64,000 bases of DNA, taken from IMG/VR virus record IMGVR_UViG_3300034170_000057. The stretch is one strand, 5' to 3'. The position numbers were made by a program, and so were the translations under genes. Each line of letters begins with the position of its first letter. The stretch's first letter is position 1. Positions 46,072-55,497 of this stretch are shown here, one piece after another. The notes beneath the pieces are model-generated. The model had not been told where the DNA came from and ran no database searches. It worked only from the letters and a program-made list of their open reading frames with translations. The DNA comes from a virus. Its lineage: Duplodnaviria > Caudoviricetes.

Positions 46072-46716
46072 ATGGAAAAACAACTCGTAGATATTCGCGA
46101 GTCGATGCGTGTCCTTTCGGACATTCAGAATCTCGACGAAACCAACCCGATCCCGATCCGCATCCAGAATTCGACCGTTCGCCGTGTGACCACCGTTGTG
46201 TGCGCATTGCGTGAACCGTACAACGAAATTCTGCCACTCAATGTGGTTTGGTTCGATTTCAACCCGAACCACGGCGCGTTCTACAACACCGCACGCCGTC
46301 GCGTTTCGAAAAACCCTGATGTGGCAAACGGCACAACCCATACGTGGGAAGTGATCGACACAATGGCGCAGTTTAACGCCGACCAGTTTTACGACGCGGA
46401 AGACTCTGCGATTCTGGCGCAGCATGACCCGATTCCGGGCGCGACTACGGCTGTCCTTGGTATCGCACGCCTGAGCGTTGCGCCGAAGGATGCAGCGGCC
46501 CCTATCGCTGTTGGTGAAGGTGATTCGCGTCTGACCGACGCCCGCAAACCAACCGATCACACGCACGCGGAAAAACCGGCTACGCAACTGAAAACCAAAA
46601 CTGGCGTTGTTACCATTTCCGGCAGTGCAACGCCGGTTATCGGTGCGACCCTGATTTTCAGCGGCAATAACACTGCTGGATGGCGCCAGCTGACTTCTAC
46701 CGACATTCAGAAATAA
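46072..46716 (+). CDS. virion fibre/whisker-associated protein (paralog of the N-terminal module of 46726-49053)
   Basis: Shares P.NV.W...PNH and PI.VG..D.R...R...HTH with the next gene. Confidence 0.65.
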   Translation: MEKQLVDIRESMRVLSDIQNLDETNPIPIRIQNSTVRRVTTVVCALREPYNEILPLNVVWFDFNPNHGAFYNTARRRVSKNPDVANGTTHTWEVIDTMAQFNADQFYDAEDSAILAQHDPIPGATTAVLGIARLSVAPKDAAAPIAVGEGDSRLTDARKPTDHTHAEKPATQLKTKTGVVTISGSATPVIGATLIFSGNNTAGWRQLTSTDIQK

Positions 46717-46725
46717 GGAGTCGTC

Positions 46726-49053
46726 ATGACGCTGACCGAGTTTGTTGACGAGAAAATCGCGATTGCTTTGAACTATCGCGGTCTCTCGAAATTCAACCCG
46801 GTCGAGATTATCATCGAGGGCAACGCGAAGAAATTCGTAGTCCTCGTTTCTCTTCTCGAACCGGATACCTTGACCGTTCCGTATAACGTGACGTGGATTA
46901 ACGCTGATCCAAATCACGCAGACTACAAAGTCCTGATGCGCCGTGTTGACGCAGAAAAATACGACGATAAGGATTACCGTGGTTCGTGGTCGGTTCTTTC
47001 CACCGTGGAAGAAATCTACAACGAAGAACAGTATTTCAAAAAGGAAGCTGATCCGATTCTCGGCGCAGTTCCTGATTTCCGCCCACCATTGGCGTCGGTT
47101 GACCGTTTCGGCGGTTTCAAACTTTCGCAAGGTTCGGTAATCGTTAATCCGTTGTCGCCTATCGTGGTTGGTGATAACGATCCACGCATGAGCAACCCAC
47201 GCGAAGCGCTGCCCCACACCCACGGCGATATTCCCCGCACCATGCTTTCCTGTGGTGATGGTTCGGATAATTATGTGACTGTGAATGGCACCGATCCGAG
47301 TGACGGTTCTTTGCTGTTTATCACCGAAGAAACCGAAGACGGAAACTTCATTGCCGAATGGCTTCCGCCTACCACCGAATTTGCGTACCTCGGCCCACGC
47401 CCTGTTTCGCTTTCGGTTGTTGGCCCAGCAGAGAAAGTTCCGGGTAATACCAATCACGTGTTGCGCTCTGACGTAACCATGGATGACGGCACGAAGGTTT
47501 TCAGCGTGCAGGCGACGTGGGAAGTTGTGGGCAATAGCGAACACGGCACAATCAATCCTGCTACCGGTGTTTTCCATGCTGGTTTGGTTGCGGTTGATAC
47601 GCCGGTAACTGTTCGTTCGTCGTGGAAACATCCGGAAAGTGGCGACACTGTTTTCATGGATTTCGTGATTACCATTATTGGTGATCCATCGCTGGTCCTT
47701 TTGGATCACATCGAAATCGTTGGCCCGACTGAGTTCCTGAAATCGGAAATCGGAAACTACACCGTTAAAGCCACTTACAGCGACGGCTCGTTCGCCACTG
47801 TTACGCCAAACGCGTTTGTTTCCAGCAATTCGAATGCCGGTTCTTTTGTTGGTGGTGTTTTGACTCCACGCCCGACGCAAATTCGTGACGTGACCACCAA
47901 ACTGTCGGCAACCTTCGCGAGCGCGGGTATTACTCGCACTGCAACGCTCGACGTGAATATCAAAGATCCAAACGTTTACCCTGCGTCGATTGCAATCACT
48001 GGGCCGAACACCGTTGATCAGGCCGCGACTGTTGACCTGAATGCACACGTTGTTTTCACTGATGCTTCCGAAGCCGATGTGAACGCACTGTGGACTTTGA
48101 CCAGTGGGACTTATGCGACCATTGATCAAACTGGTTTGCTGACCGCGAAACCTTTCACCGTGCCGGGTAGCAAAAACGTTGAAGTAAACGTTTCGTACAC
48201 CCAAAACGGCGTGACCGTAACTGCGAAGAAAACCATCGCAATTGCCGACACGAAAAACTGGCCTGTATCGGCTGCAATTACCGGTGTGAATTCCATCGCA
48301 CCACTGGAAACCAAACAGTACGTTTACACTGTGACGTACAGCGACGGTTCGCACGTGGATAAAATTCCGGGCGAATGGACAACCTCGGATGCAACGAAAG
48401 CCACTGTTGACGCAGAAGGCCAAGTGACCGGCGTTGCAAACGGCGTAGTTAACGTGCGTGCGACGTATAGCGAAGACGGTGTAAACCTGAACGCGACGAA
48501 AGCAATCACTGTAGAAACTGGCGTGGTAACAATTCCGCCAGCGCGTTACGGCGTAGCGATGTTCTCCAACAAGGAATTTACTGGCGGCCCGATTGTCAGC
48601 GAAATTACTCAAGAAGACCGCGACTACGGTGTGACCGATGAGACCTCCGCTAGTGGGCGTCAATACACCCATTGGACCGGCCTCGCTGACTTCGTTTCGA
48701 AAGTCATGACCAACACCGTCGATATCAAAACCGATGGCGTTGCGAAAAATATCGAAACCACAATCACGGTTGACGATTATGTTTACCTGATGTGGGATGC
48801 CCGCGCTGGCGACACGTTTATCGTGGACTTGCAGAACTCGTTCAACGTTACTTTCGACGGTATCAATTACCGCAACGATGTGATTGGTAACGAACAAGGT
48901 CTGCCGGGTTACGATGCAAACTTGCCGAAACAACTCACCGTGCAGTTTGACGATGGGACTGGCGTCCGTCCGTGGATTATCGTTCGTAGTGAGGCAACGA
49001 CTCTTCCAGAGTTTAGCCCGCGCACAAACGGTTACTCCATTAAATACGTGTAA
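46726..49053 (+). CDS. virion protein with tandem Ig-like (Big_2-type) domains
   Basis: Repeated I.GP..V...(ATYSDG|VTYSDG|VFTDA)...W..S..ATID..G..T units; AAGGAG SD. Confidence 0.8.
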   Translation: MTLTEFVDEKIAIALNYRGLSKFNPVEIIIEGNAKKFVVLVSLLEPDTLTVPYNVTWINADPNHADYKVLMRRVDAEKYDDKDYRGSWSVLSTVEEIYNEEQYFKKEADPILGAVPDFRPPLASVDRFGGFKLSQGSVIVNPLSPIVVGDNDPRMSNPREALPHTHGDIPRTMLSCGDGSDNYVTVNGTDPSDGSLLFITEETEDGNFIAEWLPPTTEFAYLGPRPVSLSVVGPAEKVPGNTNHVLRSDVTMDDGTKVFSVQATWEVVGNSEHGTINPATGVFHAGLVAVDTPVTVRSSWKHPESGDTVFMDFVITIIGDPSLVLLDHIEIVGPTEFLKSEIGNYTVKATYSDGSFATVTPNAFVSSNSNAGSFVGGVLTPRPTQIRDVTTKLSATFASAGITRTATLDVNIKDPNVYPASIAITGPNTVDQAATVDLNAHVVFTDASEADVNALWTLTSGTYATIDQTGLLTAKPFTVPGSKNVEVNVSYTQNGVTVTAKKTIAIADTKNWPVSAAITGVNSIAPLETKQYVYTVTYSDGSHVDKIPGEWTTSDATKATVDAEGQVTGVANGVVNVRATYSEDGVNLNATKAITVETGVVTIPPARYGVAMFSNKEFTGGPIVSEITQEDRDYGVTDETSASGRQYTHWTGLADFVSKVMTNTVDIKTDGVAKNIETTITVDDYVYLMWDARAGDTFIVDLQNSFNVTFDGINYRNDVIGNEQGLPGYDANLPKQLTVQFDDGTGVRPWIIVRSEATTLPEFSPRTNGYSIKYV

Positions 49054-49057
49054 CGTG

Positions 49058-49093
49058 AAAGCGGGTTGTCCAATTTCGGGCACCCCGCTTTTT
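49058..49093 (+). terminator. intrinsic terminator
   Basis: AAAGCGGG-TTGTCCAATTTCGGGCA-CCCCGCTTTTT. Confidence 0.7.
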
Positions 49094-49119
49094 CCGTTGA
49101 ATATGGAGAATATTTTCTC

Positions 49120-50787
49120 ATGGCCGATCCTAGCTTTGAGGAACTGTGGCCTGTCCAACTGGATTTGGTTGGTCCCGGTGCTCCAATAGCGGAGCGTTCG
49201 ACTTTTCAAATGCGGGCAGTCGTTACTTTTGACGACAATTCGCAACACGAAGTCGAGGCAGAATGGTCTGTTGCTTCCGAACAGTACGGCACGATTACCC
49301 TGAGTGGTTTGTTTACTGCTGGATCGGTGCAGGCTGGTACGCGCCCGGTTCAAGTTTTGTGCAGGTATTACCACGCAGGTTCGGATTCCACGCTGACGGC
49401 AACAGTTGTTATTAACGTGCGGGATATTGATACACCGCCCGCCCTGATTTCTATTTCCATCGGCGGTAAACCCGAGGTGGAGAAAAACACAATTGAACCA
49501 TACGTAATTACAGCGAATTACGACAATGGCTCAAGCGCAATCGTTGTACCGACCACTTTTGTTTCCAGTCGCCCCAGTGTCGCCACAATTGACACTACGG
49601 GTTTAGCGCATTTCCAAAAGATTCGCGGTTCTGCAATGGTTCGATTCACCGCCTCTTACGCAGAGCATGGTGTGACGCGCCAGATTTTCATGGACATTCT
49701 GGTTGTCGATTCTTCGATTTATCCGGTTAAGGCTTTTGTGATCGGGCCGACAATTGTTACGGAGCGCGGACGGGCTAGTTTTGGTCTGGATGTTCTTTTT
49801 GACAATGGCAAAAATAATGAGGTTGTTGCTAATTGGATCAGCACCAATCCATTGGCCGGTACGATTTCATGCACGGGCGTTTTCTGCGCCGACGCAGTTG
49901 AAGGTGTGGTTTCCACCACGATTATTGGCACCTTCGAATTTGATGGAATCGTCACTAGTGCGTCAATTGAATTAAGCGTCGTCGGCCTCACGGTGCGCGC
50001 TGAAGCAATTGAAATCGAAGGCCCTCCGAAAGTGCGCGAAGGCTTGGTTGTTCAATATTACACGACGTTGATTTTCAGTGACGGCACGCGTAAATCCGTA
50101 GTGGCGAAAATCCACACGGTGACGACTGTGGGCCACCTTGACGACGGCAACCAATTCTATGCGGCGCCTAAAGTTGAAGCGGAAACTCCCGTTAATCTCA
50201 TGGCGTATTACGAAAACCTTTCGGCTTATAAAACCATTGACGTTGTGCCGTCCACTACGCTGCCTGTCAGTTCGTGGATTGAATTGCGCTCGCCAATGTA
50301 CGTCGGTGAATATCAGTCGCTTAAATTCCACGTCGTTTATGCAGACGGTACAGACATTGTGCTGCCCGCTAAGTGGACGCTTTCCAATAACCATATCGCG
50401 TCGATTTCCAATGCTGGAGTTTTACACGCGGTGCAGGTAATGGAAACCGCAGAACTGACTATTTACGCTGCGCTGTCAATTAGCGGTGTTGAATTGGAAG
50501 CGAGTTTGCCCGTGACCCTTATCGACAATCGCACGTACCCAATCCATACCCGCATAGAAGGGCCGGAAACGTTACGTGCAATGGTGCCCACTATGTACAG
50601 GGCGCTAGTCGAATTCAGTGATGGTTCCGAACGCGTAGCAAGTGCTTTGTGGTTCTGCTCTGACGACAACGTTTCAGTCGTTCTCGGCGTTGTTACCGCA
50701 ACCGTTCCCGGCACTTACATGCTGCAAACTTCCTACACTCTCCAACACGAAACAGTCACCGCGACGAAAGAGATTATTGTGACATGA
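49120..50787 (+). CDS. Ig-like repeat virion protein (start re-called to ATG 49120, 555 aa)
   Basis: About six repeats of I.GP..V.E......V.F(D/S)DG....V.A.W; GGAG SD; the track's TTG start lies inside the terminator. Confidence 0.8.
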   Translation: MADPSFEELWPVQLDLVGPGAPIAERSTFQMRAVVTFDDNSQHEVEAEWSVASEQYGTITLSGLFTAGSVQAGTRPVQVLCRYYHAGSDSTLTATVVINVRDIDTPPALISISIGGKPEVEKNTIEPYVITANYDNGSSAIVVPTTFVSSRPSVATIDTTGLAHFQKIRGSAMVRFTASYAEHGVTRQIFMDILVVDSSIYPVKAFVIGPTIVTERGRASFGLDVLFDNGKNNEVVANWISTNPLAGTISCTGVFCADAVEGVVSTTIIGTFEFDGIVTSASIELSVVGLTVRAEAIEIEGPPKVREGLVVQYYTTLIFSDGTRKSVVAKIHTVTTVGHLDDGNQFYAAPKVEAETPVNLMAYYENLSAYKTIDVVPSTTLPVSSWIELRSPMYVGEYQSLKFHVVYADGTDIVLPAKWTLSNNHIASISNAGVLHAVQVMETAELTIYAALSISGVELEASLPVTLIDNRTYPIHTRIEGPETLRAMVPTMYRALVEFSDGSERVASALWFCSDDNVSVVLGVVTATVPGTYMLQTSYTLQHETVTATKEIIVT

Positions 50788-52082
50788 TTATTTCCCTTGC
50801 CGCATCACCTGCTGATTTCAAGCAGTTCGAATGGATGTACAACGCGGGTAAAAGTTTTAAATTGCGGCTGGACGATACGCCTGTCACGGTCGAGGCTGAC
50901 GATTTGGTCGGTTTCCGTAAAGCAACACGGGGGCCGACCGCTGGCGCGTATCAAGTGGTACTCGCCAAATACCCGCAAAAGATATACCGGTCGATCAAAC
51001 AGGAACAGGTCGATAAATTCATCAAGCAATTCAAAGAGTACAAGGGGATTCCGGAAGCGCCAAAAAAGGAAGGCGCACGGCACCAGTACATGCGGAAAAA
51101 CCAGTTGGAAAATGATCGTCAGGAATCACAGTTTTATGTGAGCCCGTCGAAGCCTCGTGAAGTTCACAGCTACGACCGCGACGATTACCAATGGCGAAAG
51201 GTAATGCACCCTGTGAACGTGGCAACCAAGCATCACGGGACAACCCGTGCCACTATTCGACCGGGTGACATTGTGGGCATGCGCTACCTGCGCAAATCCC
51301 ATGGTGGTTATGTGATTATGCCAAACGGCGAACGCGTGTTGATTTCGCATGAACTGTACGAAGAAATCACGAACAATACCGACATTGAACCGCGTGCCCA
51401 GCAGCAGACGGGACTTGTTGAATTTGCCGAGTTGGCAAAGTCACTTCCTATCCGCTCGCGTGCAATTAAAATCCCGCGTAAACCACGTGACGTTATGACA
51501 CGCGTTTCCCGCACGGGCGTAACCGAAACCGCGAAGCATGTGGCGCGCAATAAGCCACTGACCACCACTTTCGATTACAAAGATATCGACGAAGATTTCG
51601 CATTCGAACCAGAAGACGAAGAAAACCTGTTGAATCCACCTGAAGAACAGGAAGATTTCCCGGATGAAGGGGCGTCTAATACTGTAAATAAAGGAGAAGA
51701 ACCGGGTATTACTTCGCTTGACGACGAAGACTTCGAAGAGGAAGACGATCCAGAAATGGACTTCCACAAAGATCAGGAAACCGATGAGGATGGCGAGCCA
51801 ATCGAGGATGACACCGAAGTAATTGCACAGGAAGGACAAGTGCTGATTGCGCGGGATAATGCCGAGTGGGTAATCGTCAGCCAAGAAGAGCATAACATGT
51901 CGGAAACGCTTGTGCTTTTCAACGAGGAATCCAAAGCTCTTCGTCATTACAAAGTACCGCTCGGTGAAGACTTGCGGAATCTGAAATCTGTTACGGTCGG
52001 TCGCATTATTACTGGCCCTGAGTTGGACAAGATTTTGGAAAAGGCCGCTGACCTTGAAATGACTGCTGGGAAACGTCTATGA
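50784..52082 (+). CDS. hypothetical protein, 432 aa, with a basic N-terminal half and a long acidic linker
   Basis: ORF track; starts MIISLAAS like 58644. Confidence 0.65.
   Translation: MIISLAASPADFKQFEWMYNAGKSFKLRLDDTPVTVEADDLVGFRKATRGPTAGAYQVVLAKYPQKIYRSIKQEQVDKFIKQFKEYKGIPEAPKKEGARHQYMRKNQLENDRQESQFYVSPSKPREVHSYDRDDYQWRKVMHPVNVATKHHGTTRATIRPGDIVGMRYLRKSHGGYVIMPNGERVLISHELYEEITNNTDIEPRAQQQTGLVEFAELAKSLPIRSRAIKIPRKPRDVMTRVSRTGVTETAKHVARNKPLTTTFDYKDIDEDFAFEPEDEENLLNPPEEQEDFPDEGASNTVNKGEEPGITSLDDEDFEEEDDPEMDFHKDQETDEDGEPIEDDTEVIAQEGQVLIARDNAEWVIVSQEEHNMSETLVLFNEESKALRHYKVPLGEDLRNLKSVTVGRIITGPELDKILEKAADLEMTAGKRL
51680..51690 (+). promoter_or_regulatory. motif A TACTGTAAATA, ~390 nt upstream of the ligase
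   Basis: Exact copy. Confidence 0.5.
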
Positions 52083-54019
52083 AATTCACGCTTGAACAAA
52101 AGCGAGCAATGCGCCGCGATCCTTTAGCGTTCGCGAAAACGTACAAACTTCCGCAGCTGAGTGCGATCCTCGCAGAACTGGATGATCGTTATCAGGAAAA
52201 TGCGCCAGTTGTTACGGATGAAATCTACGATATCATGGACGATTATCGCTGGACGATTTCGAAACGTGCAAAAAGCGCAAAGGATGTTGGCGGTACTAAA
52301 AACGTCGATATCGTTCTCGAAGTTCCGATGGCAAGTCTCGATAAGTTTCACACGCTGACGGAAAGTCGCCGCCTCGCTTTTATGAAGGCAACGAGCTACA
52401 CCCTGAGCGACAAGGAAGACGGAATTTCTTTGTCGATCACCTACCAAGATGGGGCGCCGATTCTGGCTACCACACGCGGTAAGAAAGGCACGGTTGGTAA
52501 GAACGTGTCGAAGATTATTCCACACCTACGAATTCCGAAAACAATTCCGTACAAAGGGCGATTCATTGTCCGTGCGGAATTCACGATTGATAAAACCACA
52601 TTCAAGAAGTATTTCCCCGACGATAAGACTGGCCGCAATACAGCGGGCGGTTTGCTGAACCGGGACGTAGTGCATGAACATGCGAAGAAATTCCGCACCG
52701 TCTGCTACGAAATTCTTTTGGGTAAAGGTGCAGGCATTCCACTCAACGAACAATTGGCGATTCTCGAACGCTATAAATTCGATGTGGTGCCTCACATTGT
52801 GGTGAAGAAAATCACGCAAGAAGCGTTGGTGAAATATCACGATCAGCGTAAGCAGGAATCAGGCCGGGATATCGACGGCGTGGTGGTTGCGCAGAACGTG
52901 AAGTATCGGGCCGGTGAAGGCTATCCCGATCACTCCTACGCATTCAAGATCAACAGCATTGCAAACTCGGTCGTCGTGCCGGTTAAAGATGTGTTGTTTG
53001 CAGAAAGCCGCCTCGGTAAATTGAGCCAGCGAATTGAGATTGAACCCACCATTATTGGCGGCGTAGAAGTCTCGTTTTTCACTGCGCACAATTACGAATA
53101 TATCGAGAAGGGTTACAGTCGGGAACAAGTGAAGAAGAACGGCGGCAAGGCACCGTATAAACCGCGACCATTGAACAAAGGCGCGATAATTCGCTGCGTG
53201 CGTTCTGGCGATGTGATTCCGTACATCATGGAAGTGGTGGAAGGTGCGAAAAAGCCAGCAGTACCGACCATTCCTAACGAACGCAAAGGCGCGTTCCTGT
53301 ACGCGGTGCATGAGGGCAAATCCGACCTGCGCCAGATTAAAGAACTCACGTATTTTTTCACTGTGTTGGAAGTTGACGGCGTGAAGCAAGGTGTAGTTAC
53401 CAAGCTCGTTAACGCTGGTTACGATACGGTGCGTAAAATCCTCGATATGGACTTGGCCGATATCAAGAATCTGCCAGCTTACGGCGAAACATCTGCCGTC
53501 AAGTTGCATAAGGCCCTGAAGACCGTTAAATCCAAAATGACTTTCCTAAACGTTGCCCAAGGTTCCGCCGCTTTTGGCGAGGGTATCGGTGAAAAACGTT
53601 TGCAGCTTTTGTTCGACGAAATTCCGGAACTGCTCGACACACAATGGAATGACTCGCAGCTGGCACGACGTATCCGGGACGTTAAAGGTTTCGATAAACT
53701 GGCAGACCAAATTGCCGGGAACCTGAATGCTTTCGTTAAATTCTGCAAGCGTAATGGGATTAAACTTGTTGCGGCTAAAAAAGCGGAAGTAGTCGGTTCT
53801 AAAATGAAAGGTCAGTCGGTGCTGTTTACTTCTGTGCGCGATGCAGAGGCGCAGGCATGGATTGTTGCGAACGGCGGTAAGATCGCCTCCACCGTTAATC
53901 AGGCGACGTTGCTGATTACCAAGGACGCGGACGCCTCAAATAAAAAGACCGTCGAAGCAGAATCCAAAGGAATCCCCGTACAACCAATCGACACTTTTCG
54001 CAACAAACACGGAATATAA
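52079..54019 (+). CDS. ligA: NAD-dependent DNA ligase
   Basis: PMASLDK, motif I KEDG, TRG...G.NV, DIDGVV, AFK, SRLG...P...GGV...T.HN, RSGDVIP, HhH repeats, C-terminal BRCT. Confidence 0.92.
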   Translation: MKFTLEQKRAMRRDPLAFAKTYKLPQLSAILAELDDRYQENAPVVTDEIYDIMDDYRWTISKRAKSAKDVGGTKNVDIVLEVPMASLDKFHTLTESRRLAFMKATSYTLSDKEDGISLSITYQDGAPILATTRGKKGTVGKNVSKIIPHLRIPKTIPYKGRFIVRAEFTIDKTTFKKYFPDDKTGRNTAGGLLNRDVVHEHAKKFRTVCYEILLGKGAGIPLNEQLAILERYKFDVVPHIVVKKITQEALVKYHDQRKQESGRDIDGVVVAQNVKYRAGEGYPDHSYAFKINSIANSVVVPVKDVLFAESRLGKLSQRIEIEPTIIGGVEVSFFTAHNYEYIEKGYSREQVKKNGGKAPYKPRPLNKGAIIRCVRSGDVIPYIMEVVEGAKKPAVPTIPNERKGAFLYAVHEGKSDLRQIKELTYFFTVLEVDGVKQGVVTKLVNAGYDTVRKILDMDLADIKNLPAYGETSAVKLHKALKTVKSKMTFLNVAQGSAAFGEGIGEKRLQLLFDEIPELLDTQWNDSQLARRIRDVKGFDKLADQIAGNLNAFVKFCKRNGIKLVAAKKAEVVGSKMKGQSVLFTSVRDAEAQAWIVANGGKIASTVNQATLLITKDADASNKKTVEAESKGIPVQPIDTFRNKHGI

Positions 54020-54021
54020 AT

Positions 54022-54339
54022 ATGAACACCGTAGCAAGCGTCCAATCTATGCTGGCCCGTGACTACCCGTACAACGTAAAGCTAGTAGAGCATCATGAAA
54101 AACCCGATTTGCCTCCGCGCTTGAGCCTGTTGGTTTTTGGCGAGCAAAACGGTTTGGCTGTTGTGACTCTGGAACGCTCCACCGCTTGGGGCATTTCGGA
54201 TATCAAAACCAACAACCATTATCGCAACGTAATGTGGCCCAACGATCATAAACTTCCGCCTACGGCTGAAGGTGCAGAGGGCCTTGTGAAATCCATCATG
54301 GAAAGCATTTCCGCTTTCGATAAACTGCGGGTTAAGTAA
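54022..54339 (+). CDS. hypothetical protein, 105 aa
   Basis: ORF track. Confidence 0.6.
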   Translation: MNTVASVQSMLARDYPYNVKLVEHHEKPDLPPRLSLLVFGEQNGLAVVTLERSTAWGISDIKTNNHYRNVMWPNDHKLPPTAEGAEGLVKSIMESISAFDKLRVK

Positions 54340-55497
54340 ATGAAAATTGCCGTGTACGCGATTGCGAAAGATGAACAACACAACGTTGAAACTTGGCTGG
54401 AAAATGTGAAGGATGCAGACGGCATCTTTGTTCTGGACACTGGGAGCAAAGACGCCACAATAGGCCTGCTGGAAGCGGGCGGCGCTGTAGTCAACCAGAT
54501 GCACACCGGTAAAACATTCCGGTTCGACCACGCCCGTAATGAGGCAATGGCATATATTCCAAATGACTACGACGTTTGCGTTTCTCTCGATTTCGATGAA
54601 CGTTTGTCCCCCGATTGGCGGGAAGTAATCGAAACACAATTCACAGATGAAATGACTACAGCCAATTACACGTTGGTTTATTCGCACGATTCGGAAGGGA
54701 ACATTTTAATGTCCTATCCGCGCCTTGCGATTCACCGTCGCAACACATGTACATGGCAATACCCGGTGCATGAAATACTGATTGCGCATGAAGCTGGACA
54801 GAAGCCTACCCTGCCAATCGCTACAGTGCATTACGGCAATCCAAAACCGTCCGGGCATTATATCGACCTGCTTAAAATCGCATACGACGAAAACCCAAAA
54901 GACGCACGCAACGTGCAGTACCTTGCACGCGAATACTGCGGTATGGGTAATTTCTCTATGGCGATCCCGCTTTATCAGCAACACGTGGACATGGAAGAAT
55001 CTGCGCCATTCCGTGCAGAGAGCTGTATGCGCATTGCGCAAATGTCCGAAGATTTCGCGACCGTAGAATGGTGGTATCGTCACGCAATTCAACATTGCAA
55101 CAATATCCGTGAACCGTTCTGCAAACTCGCACAGTTTTATCTCAAGCACGGCAAGTACGAACACGCGATTGCGTGCGTCAAGTCTGCGCTGGAACTCGAA
55201 AAGCCAGATTACGATATGATTTTCGAGGATATGTATTACGCAGGCACGTGGTGTGATCACATGCTTATGGCCTGTTACCAACAACTCGGACATTACCGTT
55301 TCGCTACGCAGCACCGCGACAATTTGTTGCGTATGCATTTGAACGGAAATATCCCGGTAGATATTGCAAGCGACATTGTGCAATTGAACCAGACAATTCA
55401 GGAAGTCTTCTATGATTATTGCTCTAGCGTGGGCGTTCAAGGACGAATCGCACGTGAAGGAAATGGCAACGTGGCAGAAACGCCTGAGCAAGGCTGA
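54340..55497 (+). CDS. GT2-family glycosyltransferase with C-terminal TPR-like repeats
   Basis: MKIAVYAIAKDE, VLDTGSKDAT, FDHARNEA, DxD motif SLDFDE, W.YPVHE, then helical repeats (YLARE, A..WY..AI...REPF..LA). Confidence 0.85.
   Translation: MKIAVYAIAKDEQHNVETWLENVKDADGIFVLDTGSKDATIGLLEAGGAVVNQMHTGKTFRFDHARNEAMAYIPNDYDVCVSLDFDERLSPDWREVIETQFTDEMTTANYTLVYSHDSEGNILMSYPRLAIHRRNTCTWQYPVHEILIAHEAGQKPTLPIATVHYGNPKPSGHYIDLLKIAYDENPKDARNVQYLAREYCGMGNFSMAIPLYQQHVDMEESAPFRAESCMRIAQMSEDFATVEWWYRHAIQHCNNIREPFCKLAQFYLKHGKYEHAIACVKSALELEKPDYDMIFEDMYYAGTWCDHMLMACYQQLGHYRFATQHRDNLLRMHLNGNIPVDIASDIVQLNQTIQEVFYDYCSSVGVQGRIAREGNGNVAETPEQG

Noticed and set aside
49066-49119. Upstream TTG start of the second Ig protein
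   Set aside because: Falls inside the terminator hairpin; ATG 49120 has a GGAG SD.
44489-49374. Minus-strand ORFs of 582 aa and 1103 aa opposite the sheath and Ig genes
   Set aside because: Same shadow effect; the + strand genes have clear family motifs.
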